Of a DNA stretch of 64,000 nt, positions 43,301 to 58,630 are shown in pieces. The notes under the pieces are model-generated. The model was not told where the DNA came from. It searched no databases and saw nothing but the letters and a program-made list of their open reading frames with translations. The first letter of the stretch is position 1; every line of letters starts with the position of its first letter. Origin of the DNA: the human T2T-CHM13v2.0 reference genome, Homo sapiens. The stretch is from assembly GCF_009914755.1 (NCBI RefSeq), contig NC_060942.1; one strand, 5' to 3'. Position numbers and translations under genes: made by a program.

Positions 43301-44005
43301 TAAAATAATCTGTGGTGTACTGAAAACTGAAACAGGCCACACTGTAATATGGCCCGTTTCCTATCTTGGCAGAATATTTTGCCCAGTCAAGGATATAGTC
43401 CTATAGAACAAAATGTGAATTTCTATATGACTGGCTCTGGTTTAGGGTCTTCTTCTTGGTACAGTAAGGTATAGGCCTAACTTTAATGTATGGGCTTTTC
43501 ATTCAACGTTTAAACCCTATCTATCTAATTCCCTGATTCACTCGACAGTCATTTATTGAGGTCCTACAACCTCTATGCTAAATACTGATCTATGCACAGA
43601 ACTTTTCTCCTGGTGACTCAACTTAATGAGTTATTATTTTATTTATCCCCAACCAATCCAATTCCTTAGCTATAGATCTGGAATCAGCTGAGATATAAAA
43701 GGAATATCTATTTTAGTTAGGCTTTAAAGAATTACATTTGGAAAACACATCACTGGCAAAGTCACTTGAAGGTATTCATAAAATAGAGATGAATGGATTA
43801 GAAAGAACAATAAAACATCTCCAAAGAGAAAATATAGTATAAGGATAAAATGACATATCAGAAAGATCAATGGACCATTAGATAATAAAATTATCTCAGA
43901 GATCACCTAAAGAGCTGTTCCTCCCTCAACCTAAAGATGTGAAAACGACCTGACCAGAGGACCCACAGGCAGCTGTAGCAAAACAGAATAGAAAACTCAA
44001 TTCTT

Positions 44006-44362
44006 GGCTGGGCGTGGTGGCTCACGCCTGTAATCCCAGGGCTTTGGGAGACTGAAGCAGGCAGATCACTTCAGGTCAGGAGTTCAAGACCAGCCTGGCT
44101 AACATGGTAAAACCCCATCTCTACTAAAAATATAAAAATTAGCCAGATGTGGTGGTGTACACCTGTCGTCCCAGCTGCTCAGCAGGCTAAGGTGGGAGGC
44201 TCACCTGAGCCCAGGAAGTTGAGGCTTCAGAGATCATCCTACTGAACTCCAGTCTGGGCAACAGAGAGAGACTCTGTCTCAAAAAAAAAAAAAAAAAAAA
44301 AAAAGAAAAGAAAAAGAAGAAGGAGAAGTAGAAGAAGAAAGGAAGAAGTAGAAGAAAGAAAA
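44006..44362 (+). mobile_element. Alu (old, AluJb/S-like) with poly(A) and GAA-rich tail, inserted in a MIR remnant
   Basis: Dimer 44006-44280; degenerate TSD GAAAACT(C/G)A(A/G)TTCT. Confidence 0.95.
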
Positions 44363-46596
44363 ACTGAGTTCTCCTGACTCCTGACTACCAGCCTTAGCTC
44401 AACAATCAAGATTGCTAAAAACACCAGCGATGAGGCTCAAACGAGTCATACTTGTTAATATTTCAGGAGGGCATTTTAAATTTAACATTAAAGAAATGAA
44501 AATTCCCAAAGTAAAATCAAATAAGACCACAATTAATAATTTCCTTTCTCAGAAATTACTTGTGCCACATTATAAGTCCAACACTTAAGAGTTGATGTCG
44601 AGATAACATCAAGCTGAAAGGTGTTATTGGAAAAAAAAAAAAAAAAAAGAAGCACACCAAGATGTCCCTAACTAATGAACTAGCAAAGGGGCCTGCTTGT
44701 ATCACTACCTAATTTCGCTGCATTTAAAAAGTGAACTAAAATTTCTAGAGCTGACATCTATATTCACAGTTCCGTTCTTATGAAGTTACTAAAGATTATT
44801 TGACCTTTGGAACTTTCAAACATCAAATGATTGCCATTATTGTACAGGTTTTACTATTTTCTAATACTCACACTTCTGCAAAGAACAAAATATCTAACCA
44901 TGAAGTCAGGTAACATCTCATTCGTGCTTTGAAAAATTATGTTTCTTTGTAGTCATGCTTTTCCTTTGTACATTAAGGCTTCCAAAAACACTTTTCCTAG
45001 TAAAAGCTGATTCATTGGTTATTCTCTGTTTTACAATGAAGAGTAAAACTCCCTGTATTAGCATGTACTCACATTTGCTGTTTTACAAGAAGACTGTGGC
45101 ACCTGCTTCTGCCACTGGGATTTGAAAACACTCACAACACTTCACCTTTATGCTGGGCTAAACTCAGGGTAGCCATAAACACTCTGAAGTAATACAAACC
45201 TAAATATTCCTGCTAGGCAAACGGAGCGGTGGAACCGAATTATAATGAGCTAGCAGCTGTCACAATATGACCACAGTAACCAAATCAAAATATCAACCGC
45301 TAACCCAGATGAGATTCAAAGGTCATCCTGTAAGCCAGCAGCTTTCTTCAGTTCTGCCTGAAACCTCAATCTAATCCAGCAGAAAAATGTTCTGCTGAGC
45401 TAGGTTAGAACCCAGCTACCCTATGGCGGTAAATTATTTAATGCTCTGGGAGAGTACCATGAGTAGGACTAGAACCAAATACCACAGTAAGGAAACTGAA
45501 CCATTCAAAATGGGCCATGTGAAAGCATAGCCCCGATGCTGAACTAAGCTGTAGCCAAATGTACAAAAGTATCGCTTTTCACACCCTTCAGTCACAAATG
45601 CATGTATGTAATTTTATGGGGCAACTTGCTCACTTATCCTCAATCTAGCTTTCAATCGATGCTCTGGAATAATAAAAGGAAAATGGAATGCTTAGCTCCT
45701 TCCTTGGAGCAAACAGTTTTAGCTAGAAAATATATTGTCTACCATTGTAAAAATATCTGGACAATTACCTGCAAAAGTTTAGTGCTTGACAAAGGAAAAA
45801 AAAGTTTTTTTTAATGTCCATATTCTTTCCATACACTTCTTGCCAGGATTCTCAAACTATTCCATAGCATATAAATAACCCTCTTAAAAAAACAGAGGAA
45901 TTAGACTCATCGACCCTTTCTACCATTAGCATACTCTGAAAGGTATCCAATGGACCACCTAGGAAGGTTTCATCAAATTGTTTAAAAACTGCAATGAAGA
46001 AGTCTCCAATAGGTCCAGTGTACATTATAATCATTAATAATGATAGGCAGTCACAAGGAAGAAATGATTTATTTTCTCCAGATATAAAACAATGCATGGA
46101 ATTTCAACTAAGGCAAAATGCAACCTGGCATGTATCTACACAATGAAAGCAACGAGTGAGTTCTTAGTAAATGTCAGGTAAAAGTATATGAATTGGTCAA
46201 TGTAGGCAGTCAGTACTGACATCTCTCAACCCTGCCAACATCAAAACAAACACAAAGGCTATTCACACCTATTTAAAAAAAATTTAGGAGCTTGCTTTTT
46301 GTTTCTGTTAGTTAGGTTCTTCTTTAAAACACTTACAAGTATCAACCACTAAAACCCTGTATGACAACTATAACCACAGACAGGAATACAGAACAATCTT
46401 ATAAACCAAGAAACGTCATTAAGTCTTCTAGCATGATACATACATTGTGTGTATGGGTGTACATGTGTGTGCATGCATGTATAACCACACATGGGTGTTT
46501 TATTTACTTTAGGGATTCACAAACTATCAAATAGTGCATTTTTCCACACACACAAGATTATTTCTAAAAGAATAAATTAAAACAAACATTTTATTA

Positions 46597-46801
46597 CTTT
46601 TTTTTGAGATGGGATCTCACTTATTGCCCAGGTTGGGGTGCAATGGCATGATGTCAGCCCACTGCAACCTCCGCCCCCTGAGCTCAAGAGATCCTCCCTC
46701 CTTGGCCTCCCAAGTAGTTGGGACCACAGAAGTGTGCCACCACGCCTGGCTAAGTTTTTGTATTTTTGGTAGAGATGAGGTTTCACCATGTTGCCTAGGC
46801 T
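46597..46801 (-). mobile_element. 5'-truncated Alu (AluJ-like)
   Basis: Right arm plus part of the left arm; TSD AAACA(T/C)TTTATTACT on both sides. Confidence 0.93.
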
Positions 46802-49800
46802 AAAACACTTTATTACTCTTATAATTTATATCCCACTTTGCATAAATGTGAAATAGAGACACAAATGAACTAAGTTTTGGAATTTCAGTGCCAAATAGAA
46901 GTATTATGTTTAAAAATCTGTAAAATGCAAAACCATTCATGTGAAATCAAGAAGTTCAGAGTTGTAATAATGGGTTTCATTACCATAGAGGTTATAAACA
47001 AATATACTAGCAATGCCTGTTATCATTTCCCTAAAATTGTATACTGCCATAAAGAACAAAATACATAATTAATGATAATCCACTCTCAAAAGGAAAGAGT
47101 AGTCCAGTACTTTTTTCTTTCTTTGCAATAAAATAAAACCTTACTAAATGAACAGTTCACCAAAAAAAGGAAAAAAAAAAATCAGGTCATCTGCAGTTAA
47201 TAACTCTTTCCTATAAAATTAGTGTCACTTATTTCTGTAGCAGACGCCTAATTCAGTCACAGGCTTGATTGATTTGACAATAGAGAATCTGCTCCAATAA
47301 AGTGACTGATTTATTTCTGATGCTATAGCTTTTACCCTGATGCGACATCACAGCAGAATTAAGCCTTTGAGACAGAAACAAATACTTTGTAGTTTTAACA
47401 AAAACCAGTTAAACATTCTGAAAGTGGAGACTGGAGTGTTGTCAAACACTTATGCTAAAGTCTACTACCTTCTTTTGGTAGAAGGAAAATATCCACAAAG
47501 GTCACAACATGGGCTCTGGGTCTGGACACAAAGTGCGGTTTAGAACACAGCATATATGCTATGAGTTCAAACTGTCCCCTACACCAATAGATCTTACTTT
47601 GTTTTTATTATCATTTGTAAATTAATTGTCGTTAATTTCTTGAAAATGATCTATCTTTTCTTTGTAAAGCTGTAACATAACACCAAATATGGCTCATCTG
47701 AAAAGTGGTTTCATTTTAAATAAACAGCAGCTTGGGCAAAATCAATGAGAATCTTTGTTCCCCGAATCTAGCCTTCAGATACGCAAGCCAATCAAGAAGG
47801 CATCGGGTGTGTGAGAAATTATAGCGATGGGAAGTTTTTAATGCAGCATAAGAGTCAATTCTCTTAAAAAAATTATTCTTCTCTAAACTAAAAATGTAAG
47901 GTATTTCATACTTGTTTCAATGTCTTTTTCTCCCTTTTCCATTTTTTTTGCATACCGCGCAATACCCTCTCGCTCTGAGGGTGACTTCCCTGACCCCAGT
48001 CTGACACTGCGCCGTTAATGTCAGATAAACCATTTAGCCCAAGCACAATTCTTTTCTGTGCAAAAATCTGCTCGAGGTGGAAAATGTAGCAGTTTGTAAA
48101 CAATAAAGAGCCATGTTTCAAACCAGACAGCTTATCTAACAGAGAAGTCCTTTCACTGGGAACAGTGGGTGGGGGCCTCGTGGACATAGTAGCATTTCCT
48201 ATCACAATGCAGGAGACTGTCTTGGTCTCCATATTTAAGAGTTTAATGGGAAGGAGGGCAGACAGGATAAAAGAGCAAAGCTGACATGGATTTGCAGCCT
48301 AAACAACAACTAAGTGAAAAGAATCAGCTCTCTCCGCTCTAGACTGTCAGGCCACTTATATTTTAAATACTATTTGGGTTGAAAAACTAATTTGATTTGT
48401 AAAGCAGTTGCCCATGAGGAAACATGAACAGAACAATCATTTAATCTGTTTGTACTGCTTGGTGTATTCTGTAATATTAATTTATCAAGTTGTTCTTTAG
48501 AGTTAAAACTTTTTTCACATAGATAACATAAGCGTCTCCCTATGAGTATTTATTTATTCTATTTTTCTTACTGTAGCTCATTGGAGGATCATTTTAGGAT
48601 CCAAGGAAGTTAGTATATTATTTAGGTGCTACTTCTCAAGACTACATTTTCAAGTGAATCTTTTATTCTAAGTGGTTGTGTGGAGATGAATAGAGAAGCA
48701 AGGGTGTTAGAAATAAAATCATAACTATTGACACTGAAGAGTCAAAAGCTGCCTTTTAAAATCTAAGTTGATAAATATATCTGGTCACCTGTATCTACAT
48801 ATCCTGAGAACAAGAAACAATGCACCTTTCTATCAACAACTGATAAAGAACTGGGATTCCTGCTTGAGTTACAATGTTAAAACGTAAATATGAAATTTAC
48901 TACTTTGAAGGCAAAAATAGCACAAAAATAAGAACATTCTATGACCAAAACCAACTTTGTGGTTCTCAAAGTTGGTAAGATACTCAAAGGCACGAACATA
49001 TGATGTTACCCATTAAAAATAAGTTGCTAGTATTTATCTGCTTTGACTATTTTGTGTTAAATATCTGAAATCCATTTAGATGGATTTGATGGTGATTTTT
49101 CAAAGAATGCCTGAGATTCAAGGACCTGAAGTAACTGGTATAGCTTCCAAAGCTTAAAATCATGACATTCTTTAGAAGCATTTGCAGTTATGGTCTCAGA
49201 AAAATATAATCATCGCTGTGTGTGTTTCCTTGGAGTGTTGTCCAACAGATTGTACCAAGAAATTTAACTTCACTTATTGACAGATTCTCAAGAGAATTTG
49301 GCCAGGTTGAGAGATTTACTAATATTGTTAAGAACTCATGTTTACTAGAACAAAGATCTTTTTTTTTTTCAATCAAAACTAAAGTAGCCAGCTATTGGGA
49401 CCTTTTAAGCCATTAGGAATCATCTTTTCATTGCTCAAGTTACTGCTGTTAAACAAACATCCCTACAGGGTAGCCAAAAGCAGAAAAACATGCTGAGGAT
49501 GCCAGGATGAATGGCATGCCGGAGATTCACAGACAGCCTCAAACTAACAGGTAACTTGCTTTAATAAAGCAGGATGGGGTCTGCCTAGGCCATTAGCACT
49601 AAAGTTCATGCCTTGATAAATATACAATCAGATTTTACAATTCAACTTGAATGCACTACTCTGATTTAAGCACACTAAGCCCATTAACACCATTTATTTT
49701 CATAACCCCTTTAGCAGAAATCACAGTTAACACTGACTATATATCACTGCCAACCAACAAGCCCAGTGATATTTTTATTCTAAATATTCACCACTTTGAC

Positions 49801-50087
49801 TTCATCTACCTTAACTTAGGAAACTACTGATACAACATTGAAACTGTGGTCCGTGCTTTAGGTCTAAGGAAAACAAAATTTCCACATAGATTCAGTATCA
49901 CTAAAAGCATTTCATTCCATATGCTTGTAAAACTTAATCCTTAATGCACTATTACCAAACACAGACTGCCAATCCTCTCTGCAATTTAAGATTATTACAA
50001 GTGAACTGACTAAATATCCAAGTTTCTAAAAGCAGAACCTCTGTCTAGGACATGGTTTTACCTTCTATAGTAAAACTTGAGCATTCA

Positions 50088-50240
<153 letters not shown>

Positions 50241-53010
50241 TTATTATTTTATATTAATAAACAGCACATAAACAAACATAGCTCCACTACCAAAACTTCT
50301 CCCCTCCAAAGAAATTGGAGTCCACTATTCCCTCCCTGGAACTTCACTAGAAGGAATCTGCACTTTCACAGGTATAGTGGCTAAAAGAAAGCTCTAGAGT
50401 CTACGAAGTCCAAATTTTCCTCATAATAGCTGAGAAATCTTAGGAATAATAATAATGGTATCAACTGCATGGAGTTGTTGACATGATTAAATAAAATAGT
50501 GTATGTAAGACACCAGACACATACAAAGTATATTGCTTATGTTAAAAATTATTATTTTAATAAGGCCACATTAAAGCAAAATTGTGCCACAAGGGAAAAT
50601 TAGGCATAGCATGCAATGAATTGCTTTTCAAAGACCAAGATAGAGCCATTCAAACAATAACATTTGGTGTTAGGATACTGAAGTTTCAATGTTTTATTAT
50701 AGTTACTATTGTGGTATTGTGGTTGTAAGAGAACTAGATTGTCACATAAGTAATTAACACATAAGAAAGTTAAGAATATTAGGGTTTAACTATGATATGA
50801 ACATCAAAACATTAGCATAAATTAGCATTTCTGGAGTTGGACAAAGCATGTCACAAAAAACAACCAGTTGTAAGGCAGACAAATTTTGACAGAAATATTT
50901 CATTATTACAATCAGCTTATTGTTTTAAGGGGAATTTAAAATTAAAACAATGTTCTTAAGCTGTCCAGTTACTTAATTTTAATGGGGAAATTTGATAACG
51001 CAATAGGAAAGAGTTAAAATCATCTATACTACATGGTTCAACTTTCAGTCTACTAAAGTGCATAAAGTGACCAAAAAGGGGGGAAAAAGTCATTCTGCTC
51101 AGCTGGTGGAACTGCCCATGAAAGTCTAAGTCAAATTTACTCAGAGGTATCGGTTGCATGTGAGCCAAAGGGCAAAATCTGCCCACACAAAAGAGAGGGC
51201 TGCTGCATGAACAAGGAAAAGACACATCCCCTCAACCTTAAGGAAAACTACCCCGTTCTCAATCACCTTTCCTCGTGTATAACAATTAACTTGCCTGATA
51301 CTGTAATCTAATTCTGCCAACATGTCCATCTATAAAAAGAGGCTACATTTTAAATACCCATCATAGTACACTCACTCACTCTATACCAGGCATTGCATAA
51401 TGCTAATTATCACTTATTAAGTGTCCTCATCCTAGATAGTGTACTAAAAGCTTAATATATATTATCTAATTTAATCCTCAGCACAGTGCTGTAAGGTAGA
51501 CACTATCCCCATGTTAAGATGAAAAAAGAGAGACCTTGAAAGTACGCCTGGGTATAAATCTGCCACAAATGATTTGTCTCATGCAAACTTCTGGATTTAG
51601 AAAATATAAATTACACAAAATTGGTTTGAAATTATTCACCAATATATTCCTTGAGAAAAATGGCAGGACAGCTAACAAAAACCAAAAGCTAGTTAGTTTT
51701 AATCCTAAATTAAGATGATTCTAAACAGACCTTGTTTTCTGAAACACAATTAAAAGTACCATGTGTACTGAATGGATAAATCATAAGAAATTGTGAAAAT
51801 CTGGATGAACTAAACAATTGAGGGGAGTTCTATGATCTCCACTTGCTGTCAAGGGGAATGGATTTATTTCTGCAAGTGCAGACTGTAACATGAGGAGGAG
51901 GAAAGATTTCCTCAACCCATCCATATAAAGCATTAGAATGTCAAGCTCGACAGCTGGTGTAAGGGCTCACAAAGTTACTGGTAAGCTTAGAGATCCTGCT
52001 GTACCCTGAACACTAGACTAAGGATCACAATGCCAAGGACAGGTGGAAATGTCTAGCTCTGACTTGCTGAAATGCCCTCATTTTGACAGCTTGATTACCT
52101 TCCCTGCCTCTTATGCCAAAATGGAACCTTCCCCCAACCCAAATTTGTGTGAACACTTACAGTAAAATGTTACCCTCCCTGCAGAATGCTTCATCTATAT
52201 ATATATAGCTGGTTGGGAAAGGAAGACATGCTGGTTTTACCATGTACACGAAGTGTACTTTTAATCTGGGGCATTGTATGTACATCATAAAAACTGACAT
52301 GGATTTTAGAGGGCCTAGCAATGATTCAGTTAAAGAAATTTCATACAAAATCATGAATATTTAAACTGGAAGAAACACAGATGATCCTCTGGATCTACTT
52401 CCTCATTTTGCAAAATAAGAAAATGAGGACCCAAGAGGTGAAATGACATGCCCAAGATCATATACATACAAGAAACACGTATTGCTTAACCACCCACCCA
52501 ACTCTTATTCCATGGTCTTCCTATTACATTCCTATTACATTATATTCCTTGGGTCTTCCCCAAGAAACAACCAATGCATGTAGGAAAACTGTGGAGAAGA
52601 ATAGCAAAAAGTTGAGGGCAAATAAATGAATGATCCATCTAGTGATCAAAGTCCCTACTGGTGGAATGATAACATGTCTACATAGCGAAATCAACTCAGA
52701 TTCAGTACGTAGATTATACTGGTAGGATAGAACTTCATAGTGTATCTTTGGGATTATTCAGTAGTCTATTCACACCAATACCTTATAGGGATATTAGGAA
52801 TTTTTTTAAGTTTTTCCATCTACAACAAATAGCATTATGTAATATGGATCAATAACTGACAAAAGAAAGACCAAACATGTAACGAAGGAATTTTCTTCTG
52901 GTTAGCAGAAGTGGAACAGGTGTCAAATTGAATAACAGCATCCAATAAGAGAATGGGGGAAAAAAATTCCAAAGTCAAGCTGATCCTCATTAAACTTAGT
53001 ATGCACATAT

Positions 53011-53046
53011 ATGCGTGTGTGTTTGTGTGCGTGTGCATGCCCATGC

Positions 53047-53108
<62 letters not shown>
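53011..53108. repeat. (TG)n(AG)n compound microsatellite with degenerate TG lead-in
   Basis: Directly visible. Confidence 0.97.
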
Positions 53109-55150
53109 AACACACCTTCTGTTTGTCAATTTACATATGTGGGATGTCTGGTTGTGGGAGAAAAGATTAGATATACTTACCCTGGACGGGCTTGGATGTC
53201 CTCCATTCCCCCAGGACCCTGAGCTACTTCTGTCTTCTACATCTAGGGACAAGAGAAAAGTTCTTTAGGCTTTCTTGCAGTAATTTTTTCTTTTTGTATA
53301 TGCACTTTCAAATTAATGTTTCAAATTAATCTCCTGTTGCCTTTAATTAAGAACCAGGCACCGGGCTACCATGATGATAGTGGCTTCTGACCCATCTACT
53401 TAAATTAACTCATTTAAATTCACAGTAGAAATGAACTGGACCCTCAGGAACCAGAGGTATAAACATAAAAATTACTTCCATCCTTCACAGTGTTTGATAG
53501 CCTCAGTCTTTATAGATGTGAAACTGTACTTAAAGTTTTATTACAATCTTTTGGATAAAATAAGTTTAAAAATGCACTAACATAACTTTAATGCAAAAAA
53601 AGTTAAATTAAGGTAAATATCCACACTAACACCTTTAGCATCCTCGCCATAATGCTCTTGGATCCTTTTTGTTCCATAGCCCAGGCTTATCACAGAAGAC
53701 ACCAGACATGCAACAGAAAATGAGACTGAGAAAGTATTCAGTAGTCTATTTCCACCAGCACATTACAGGGATATTAGGACTGAAACAAAACTTTTTTTTA
53801 GGTTAAGACAATACTGTCTCTGTCTTTCCTTTTTTTTTTAAACTAGACATACCATTTGGTCTATAATCCTTAATCTGGGTTTTGATATGTGGAAATGAAT
53901 GTGGTTATTCCATTATAAAGCAATGTTTTGTTTTGATAGATGACAGTGAAAAGACCTACATGAACCATCGAAAAGTTGGAATTCTAAACTCAATACCAGC
54001 AAAGTTTTAATGCTGAGTAGATTACGAAATGTTCCATCCACGCTCCAAATGGCAAATACGCAGGATGGAAAGTCTAACAGCTAAGTTACCATATTAATTG
54101 CTTAAAACATAAAAGTGTTTTAAAGATCAGTTGCTCTATATTTAGAAATGGCTGTGAGATTTTTGATGAAAGGGCCTTCATAAGTATAAAAAGTTTCACT
54201 GTTATATTATTTTGATCACGGCTGATAACAGACGGCCATCACAAACACCCTCTGACAGAAGTGGAGGAGGAAGTGTGAAACTAAGGTTCAGGAGACACAA
54301 TCCCATTTATTGTGTTTCCTCACATTTCAGTGATACTGTTTATTCTCTTAATGCTCTACTGTCATTCCTTTTATTATTACTGCTATTTTATTATCAGCAG
54401 AAGTAATCATAGTATAATTAATTTATTTATTTTGGGATACAGTAGAGTACATGGTGTTTCAGAATATCTTAAGAGATAGAAAAGCAACAACAACTAAGTT
54501 ATTACCATTAAATTAACTTCTCTTTTTTTTTTTAATGACAAATATTATTTCACTTCCTTTTAGTTGGTGCTTCAGCAGATAACACAAACTGCAAACAGAT
54601 GTCCCCTATGGACAGTTTAAATCAGTGCACTGTGAGCTTCAAGGCATGTCAAGAAAGCTCTCGGGACTGCACCAAGCCTAGAGAAAAGGTGTAAAACCTT
54701 CCCCAGATCTGCTGTTTAACAATCCAACATGCTGGCCTATCCTGTATATGTTGAACTGAAGCACACAAAGAAGCTACTTACAACCCTCTGGGATTCGCAC
54801 ATAAATAAATTTTGTAGCCTACACGGTTCTCTTAATTCTTAAACAAAAACCAAATATTTTCAGCCAAAATAAAAAGTGTATAAATAACAAAATCTCTCAA
54901 CCACTGCAAGCTTTTAAAAGTCTGGCGCATCTTGACTTTCTTTTCACCTATAACAGCCAGCTTGGATTCATTTGAGAGATTTCTCCTCTTGAATTTGGCC
55001 AAAAAGTAATGGAGGAACAGATTTGAATCCCTATAAGTACCATAAGATTTCAAATTGTTTGGACTCATTTTATCTTTTCAATTTTAAAAGAGGATTTTAA
55101 ACATGAAAAGTAGGCAGAGACTTGGAGGAAAGAGGACGCTACTGCCAGGT

Positions 55151-55671
55151 CAGTGGGGCTTTTGCATCCCAAAGGACATTTGGCAAAGCCACCCAGGAGA
55201 CAGTTTTGGTTGTCACAATTTGGGTGTTGCTAGTGGCATTGATCACACAGAGGCCAAGAGTTGCTATTAAATATCTCATAATTGCACAAAACAGCTCTCC
55301 ACAGTAAGAAATACCCTGTGCAGGGCACAGCAGCTCACACCTGTGATACCAGCACGTTGGGAGGCTGAAGCAGAAGGATTGCTTGAGGCCAGGAGTTTGA
55401 GACCAGCCTGGGAAACACGGCAAGATTCTGTCGCTACAAAAATTTTTAAAATTAGCCAAGTGTGGTGGAACTTGCCTGTAGTCCTAGCTAATTGGAGGGG
55501 CCGAGGCAGGAAGATCCCTTGAGCCCAGGAGTTCAAGGTTACAGTGAACTACGATTGTGCCACTGCACTCCAACCTAGGCAACTGAGTGAGACCCTGTCC
55601 CTAAAAATATATACATATATTTTTGGTGTTCTGACCCCAAATAAAAATTGTGTTGAGATTGAGAAGCCCTG
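55151..55671 (+). mobile_element. MER20 DNA transposon fossil split by an Alu
   Basis: GGACATTTGGCAA ... TTTTGGTTGTCACAA ... AGAGGCCA ..., resuming after the Alu with ...TTGAGAAGCCCTG. Confidence 0.88.
55320..55607 (+). mobile_element. Alu (AluJ-like) inside MER20
   Basis: GGATTGCTTGAGGCCAGGAG and CTTGAGCCCAGGAGTTCAAGG diagnostics. Confidence 0.93.
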
Positions 55672-56514
55672 TGCTAGAGCAAAAGGAATCAAGTTGGAGA
55701 AAAGATGTATTAAAATTTGATTTATAATTTAGTAAGAACTCTTATTAAATACACAGTTTTTCTTATGCACTTTAAGCTAGACTTGAGCTGGAATGTACCA
55801 AGAGACCTTCATATACATCTTCTGTCCACAGAAAAAAGGAAAAGTAATGGTCAACCAAGCAGCCTGCTAATTAGCAGGCAGATAAAACACATCAAAACTT
55901 GAGTATTCCCAACTGGGCAATTTCAAAAGCGAGCAATCCACTAATTAAAAATGCTGGAAGTCTAGCTTTTTCAAAGCAGGTTAAATACTGGCTGGGTTCC
56001 TTCACAAATAGATTCCTGACCAATCGGATCTGACTGCTCTTTTTCCACCCTTTCCCATTTCCATCTTTCCCACTTCCTGACCTCACGCTGCTGCACCTTT
56101 CTTTCTTTGATTGCTCTCTGTTGAACAGGCTTCCCCTTCCCTTGGTCTCCTGCTGGATCTCAAGGATGAGGACAAATCACTAGCTCTCCCAAACCTAATA
56201 AATAGAATAATCATATGAATTCTAATTATATTTTACCTTTGAAAAAAATCTATAGGACCGGTGCTCATTTATCCATATCCATAGAAGACACTATAAACTA
56301 GTGTTTCCATAGCATGCGCAATGGTAATTCATAATGAATGTAAACATGTTACTTTGAAGTCATTTTCTTCCATCTTCCCTCTCCTTGAACTTTGTCAGGC
56401 CTGCCCCTTAGTTAGCATTTCCTCAATAACTATTCCAGTGCACCACCAAGTGCATTTCAAAGTGTATCCGCCACCTGAATCACCTGTATGCCCATTTTTA
56501 AATTGGCTTATTAG

Positions 56515-56625
56515 GGTCCGTCTCATATCTACTCAGTCTGAAACTCTGGGGGTGGGGCTGAGAAAACTGTTTTTAACAGGTCCCCAGGTAACTTTTATGC
56601 ACACAGGAGTTTGAGAACCACAGGA
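56515..56625. mobile_element. MER5A-like fragment
   Basis: GAAACTCTGGGGGTGGGGC ... TTTTAACAGGTCCCCAGGT ... AGTTTGAGAACCAC. Confidence 0.8.
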
Positions 56626-56929
56626 CTACTCCACTGTAACACAAGACAAATGCATGCCCCACACCACCAACAGCAGCCTCTCTCACTCCATATCTTAAAA
56701 TTGCTGTCTGGGTTGCTGGTTTCAGCAGCATTCACTATACACCTCCATCACATGAGCATCCAAGAAGTTCTTGTCCAGACTCATTTTCATGTAAACCTTG
56801 CACAGGGCCTACACCTGGCCATTCCTTACTCCTGCTAGGGTACCAGGACACTGCACGGTCTTTTATACCACCATGTTTTTGTAACTGCTATTCCTTCTGC
56901 CTAAACTGTTCCTCACCTCTCAAAGAAAG

Positions 56930-57115
56930 AGTAACAGCTCACATGTGGTGAGCTTGAATGTATGTCAGACACTGCGCTAAACTCTCAAATGCCTTACTAG
57001 TATTCTGGTTTTATATATCTGAACTGAGGCTCAGATGGGTTAGAAAACTTGCCCAAGGGATCAGGAAATGGCAGAGCTTGGACACAAAAGGAGGCTGAAG
57101 CTCTGCCCACTGCTG
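56930..57115 (-). mobile_element. MIR SINE
   Basis: AACTGAGGCTCAGATGGGTTAGAAAACTTGCCCAAGG core. Confidence 0.8.
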
Positions 57116-58285
57116 TAAAGACTCCCCAGTAAGAATGTCACATCTCTGTCTAACCAGCTGAACGTTCCCTCCTGTCACTTCTCCCCACGCAGAGTGAATA
57201 TATTTATTTGGGAGTTTATACCCAACTCTTGTGTCCACAAAAGATTACAGAAACACATACAACACAAAATATACGAAATCAATATTTGAAGGACCCAAGT
57301 GACTGCAAAATAAAAGTAGCAGAACAGTAAGGCCAGAGGTATGATGAGTTTATCAAAATGCACACAGTGAAGGACTGGCTATTTGCTAGAAGTGGGTCAA
57401 AACTTTAGAAGCTATTAAGTAGACAAAGCAGAGAGGGAAACAAGATTGACAATAACCATCAGATAAAAACACACAAAGTGTCCAGGAGAAGCATACCTAA
57501 TCCTGGTATTAAGCCAGACAGAAAATATCTGTGAGCTCCCAACACAGAGGACAGAATATCCCATAGCAGCCCATAGTATCAACAGTAGGCACAATGATAA
57601 AACTTGTATGGCTGGCTCAATACGATAGTTCAGCAAGTACACAGAATTTATTATCCAAATAACCATGTGAATATATATACAGCTATAGAGCTATATACTT
57701 ATATCATACCCAACTGTGATGTACGTTTATTATAGGAAAGAAACATACTTGACACAAATAACATCTTATGTGGTACTGTACAATGGTGGGCTCATTAGTT
57801 CTTTATTGAAATGAGTTAAAACAGCAGAAAGTGAAAAGTAAGATAATATTGTGGTATGAGAAGTGTTTACATCTAGAGGTGAGACTAAACAATATACAGG
57901 AAATAGATGTGTGAAATCCATTAAGGCAACATAGTGACAAATGAAAAACTGCCTGGGATGAAGCTGCTGAATCTATTTAGTTCTCGCCCCCCCCCCCTTG
58001 TTCTATTGCCACCCTTTTTCCAAGATGGGAGAATAAAGAGAAAGATATTACCCCGGGCAAAAAGAAAGGAAGAAAGCAAGTAGATGATAGAAATTCCTGT
58101 TCCAAAAGACTGAAATGGGCTCAGTTCAAGATTTTTCTAATTTCTTATTTTACCCTAAACCAAGATAGATTTAGTAACTCTTCCATGGGATTGCTGGCTG
58201 CTTTAGGAGGCAATCTGAAAATCCACAAATTTTCATCTTATTTGATTCATTCTGCATGAGTCCCCTCTACAGTGTCTGACACATT

Positions 58286-58630
<345 letters not shown>

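Noticed and set aside
43329-43360. Imperfect palindrome GAAACAGGCCACACTGTAATATGGCCCGTTTC
   Set aside because: Too short and mismatched for a miRNA hairpin; no recognisable element.
55862-55879. Perfect 18-bp palindrome GCCTGCTAATTAGCAGGC
   Set aside because: A 9-bp-arm palindrome has a chance expectation of roughly 0.25 per 64 kb, and there is no other support.
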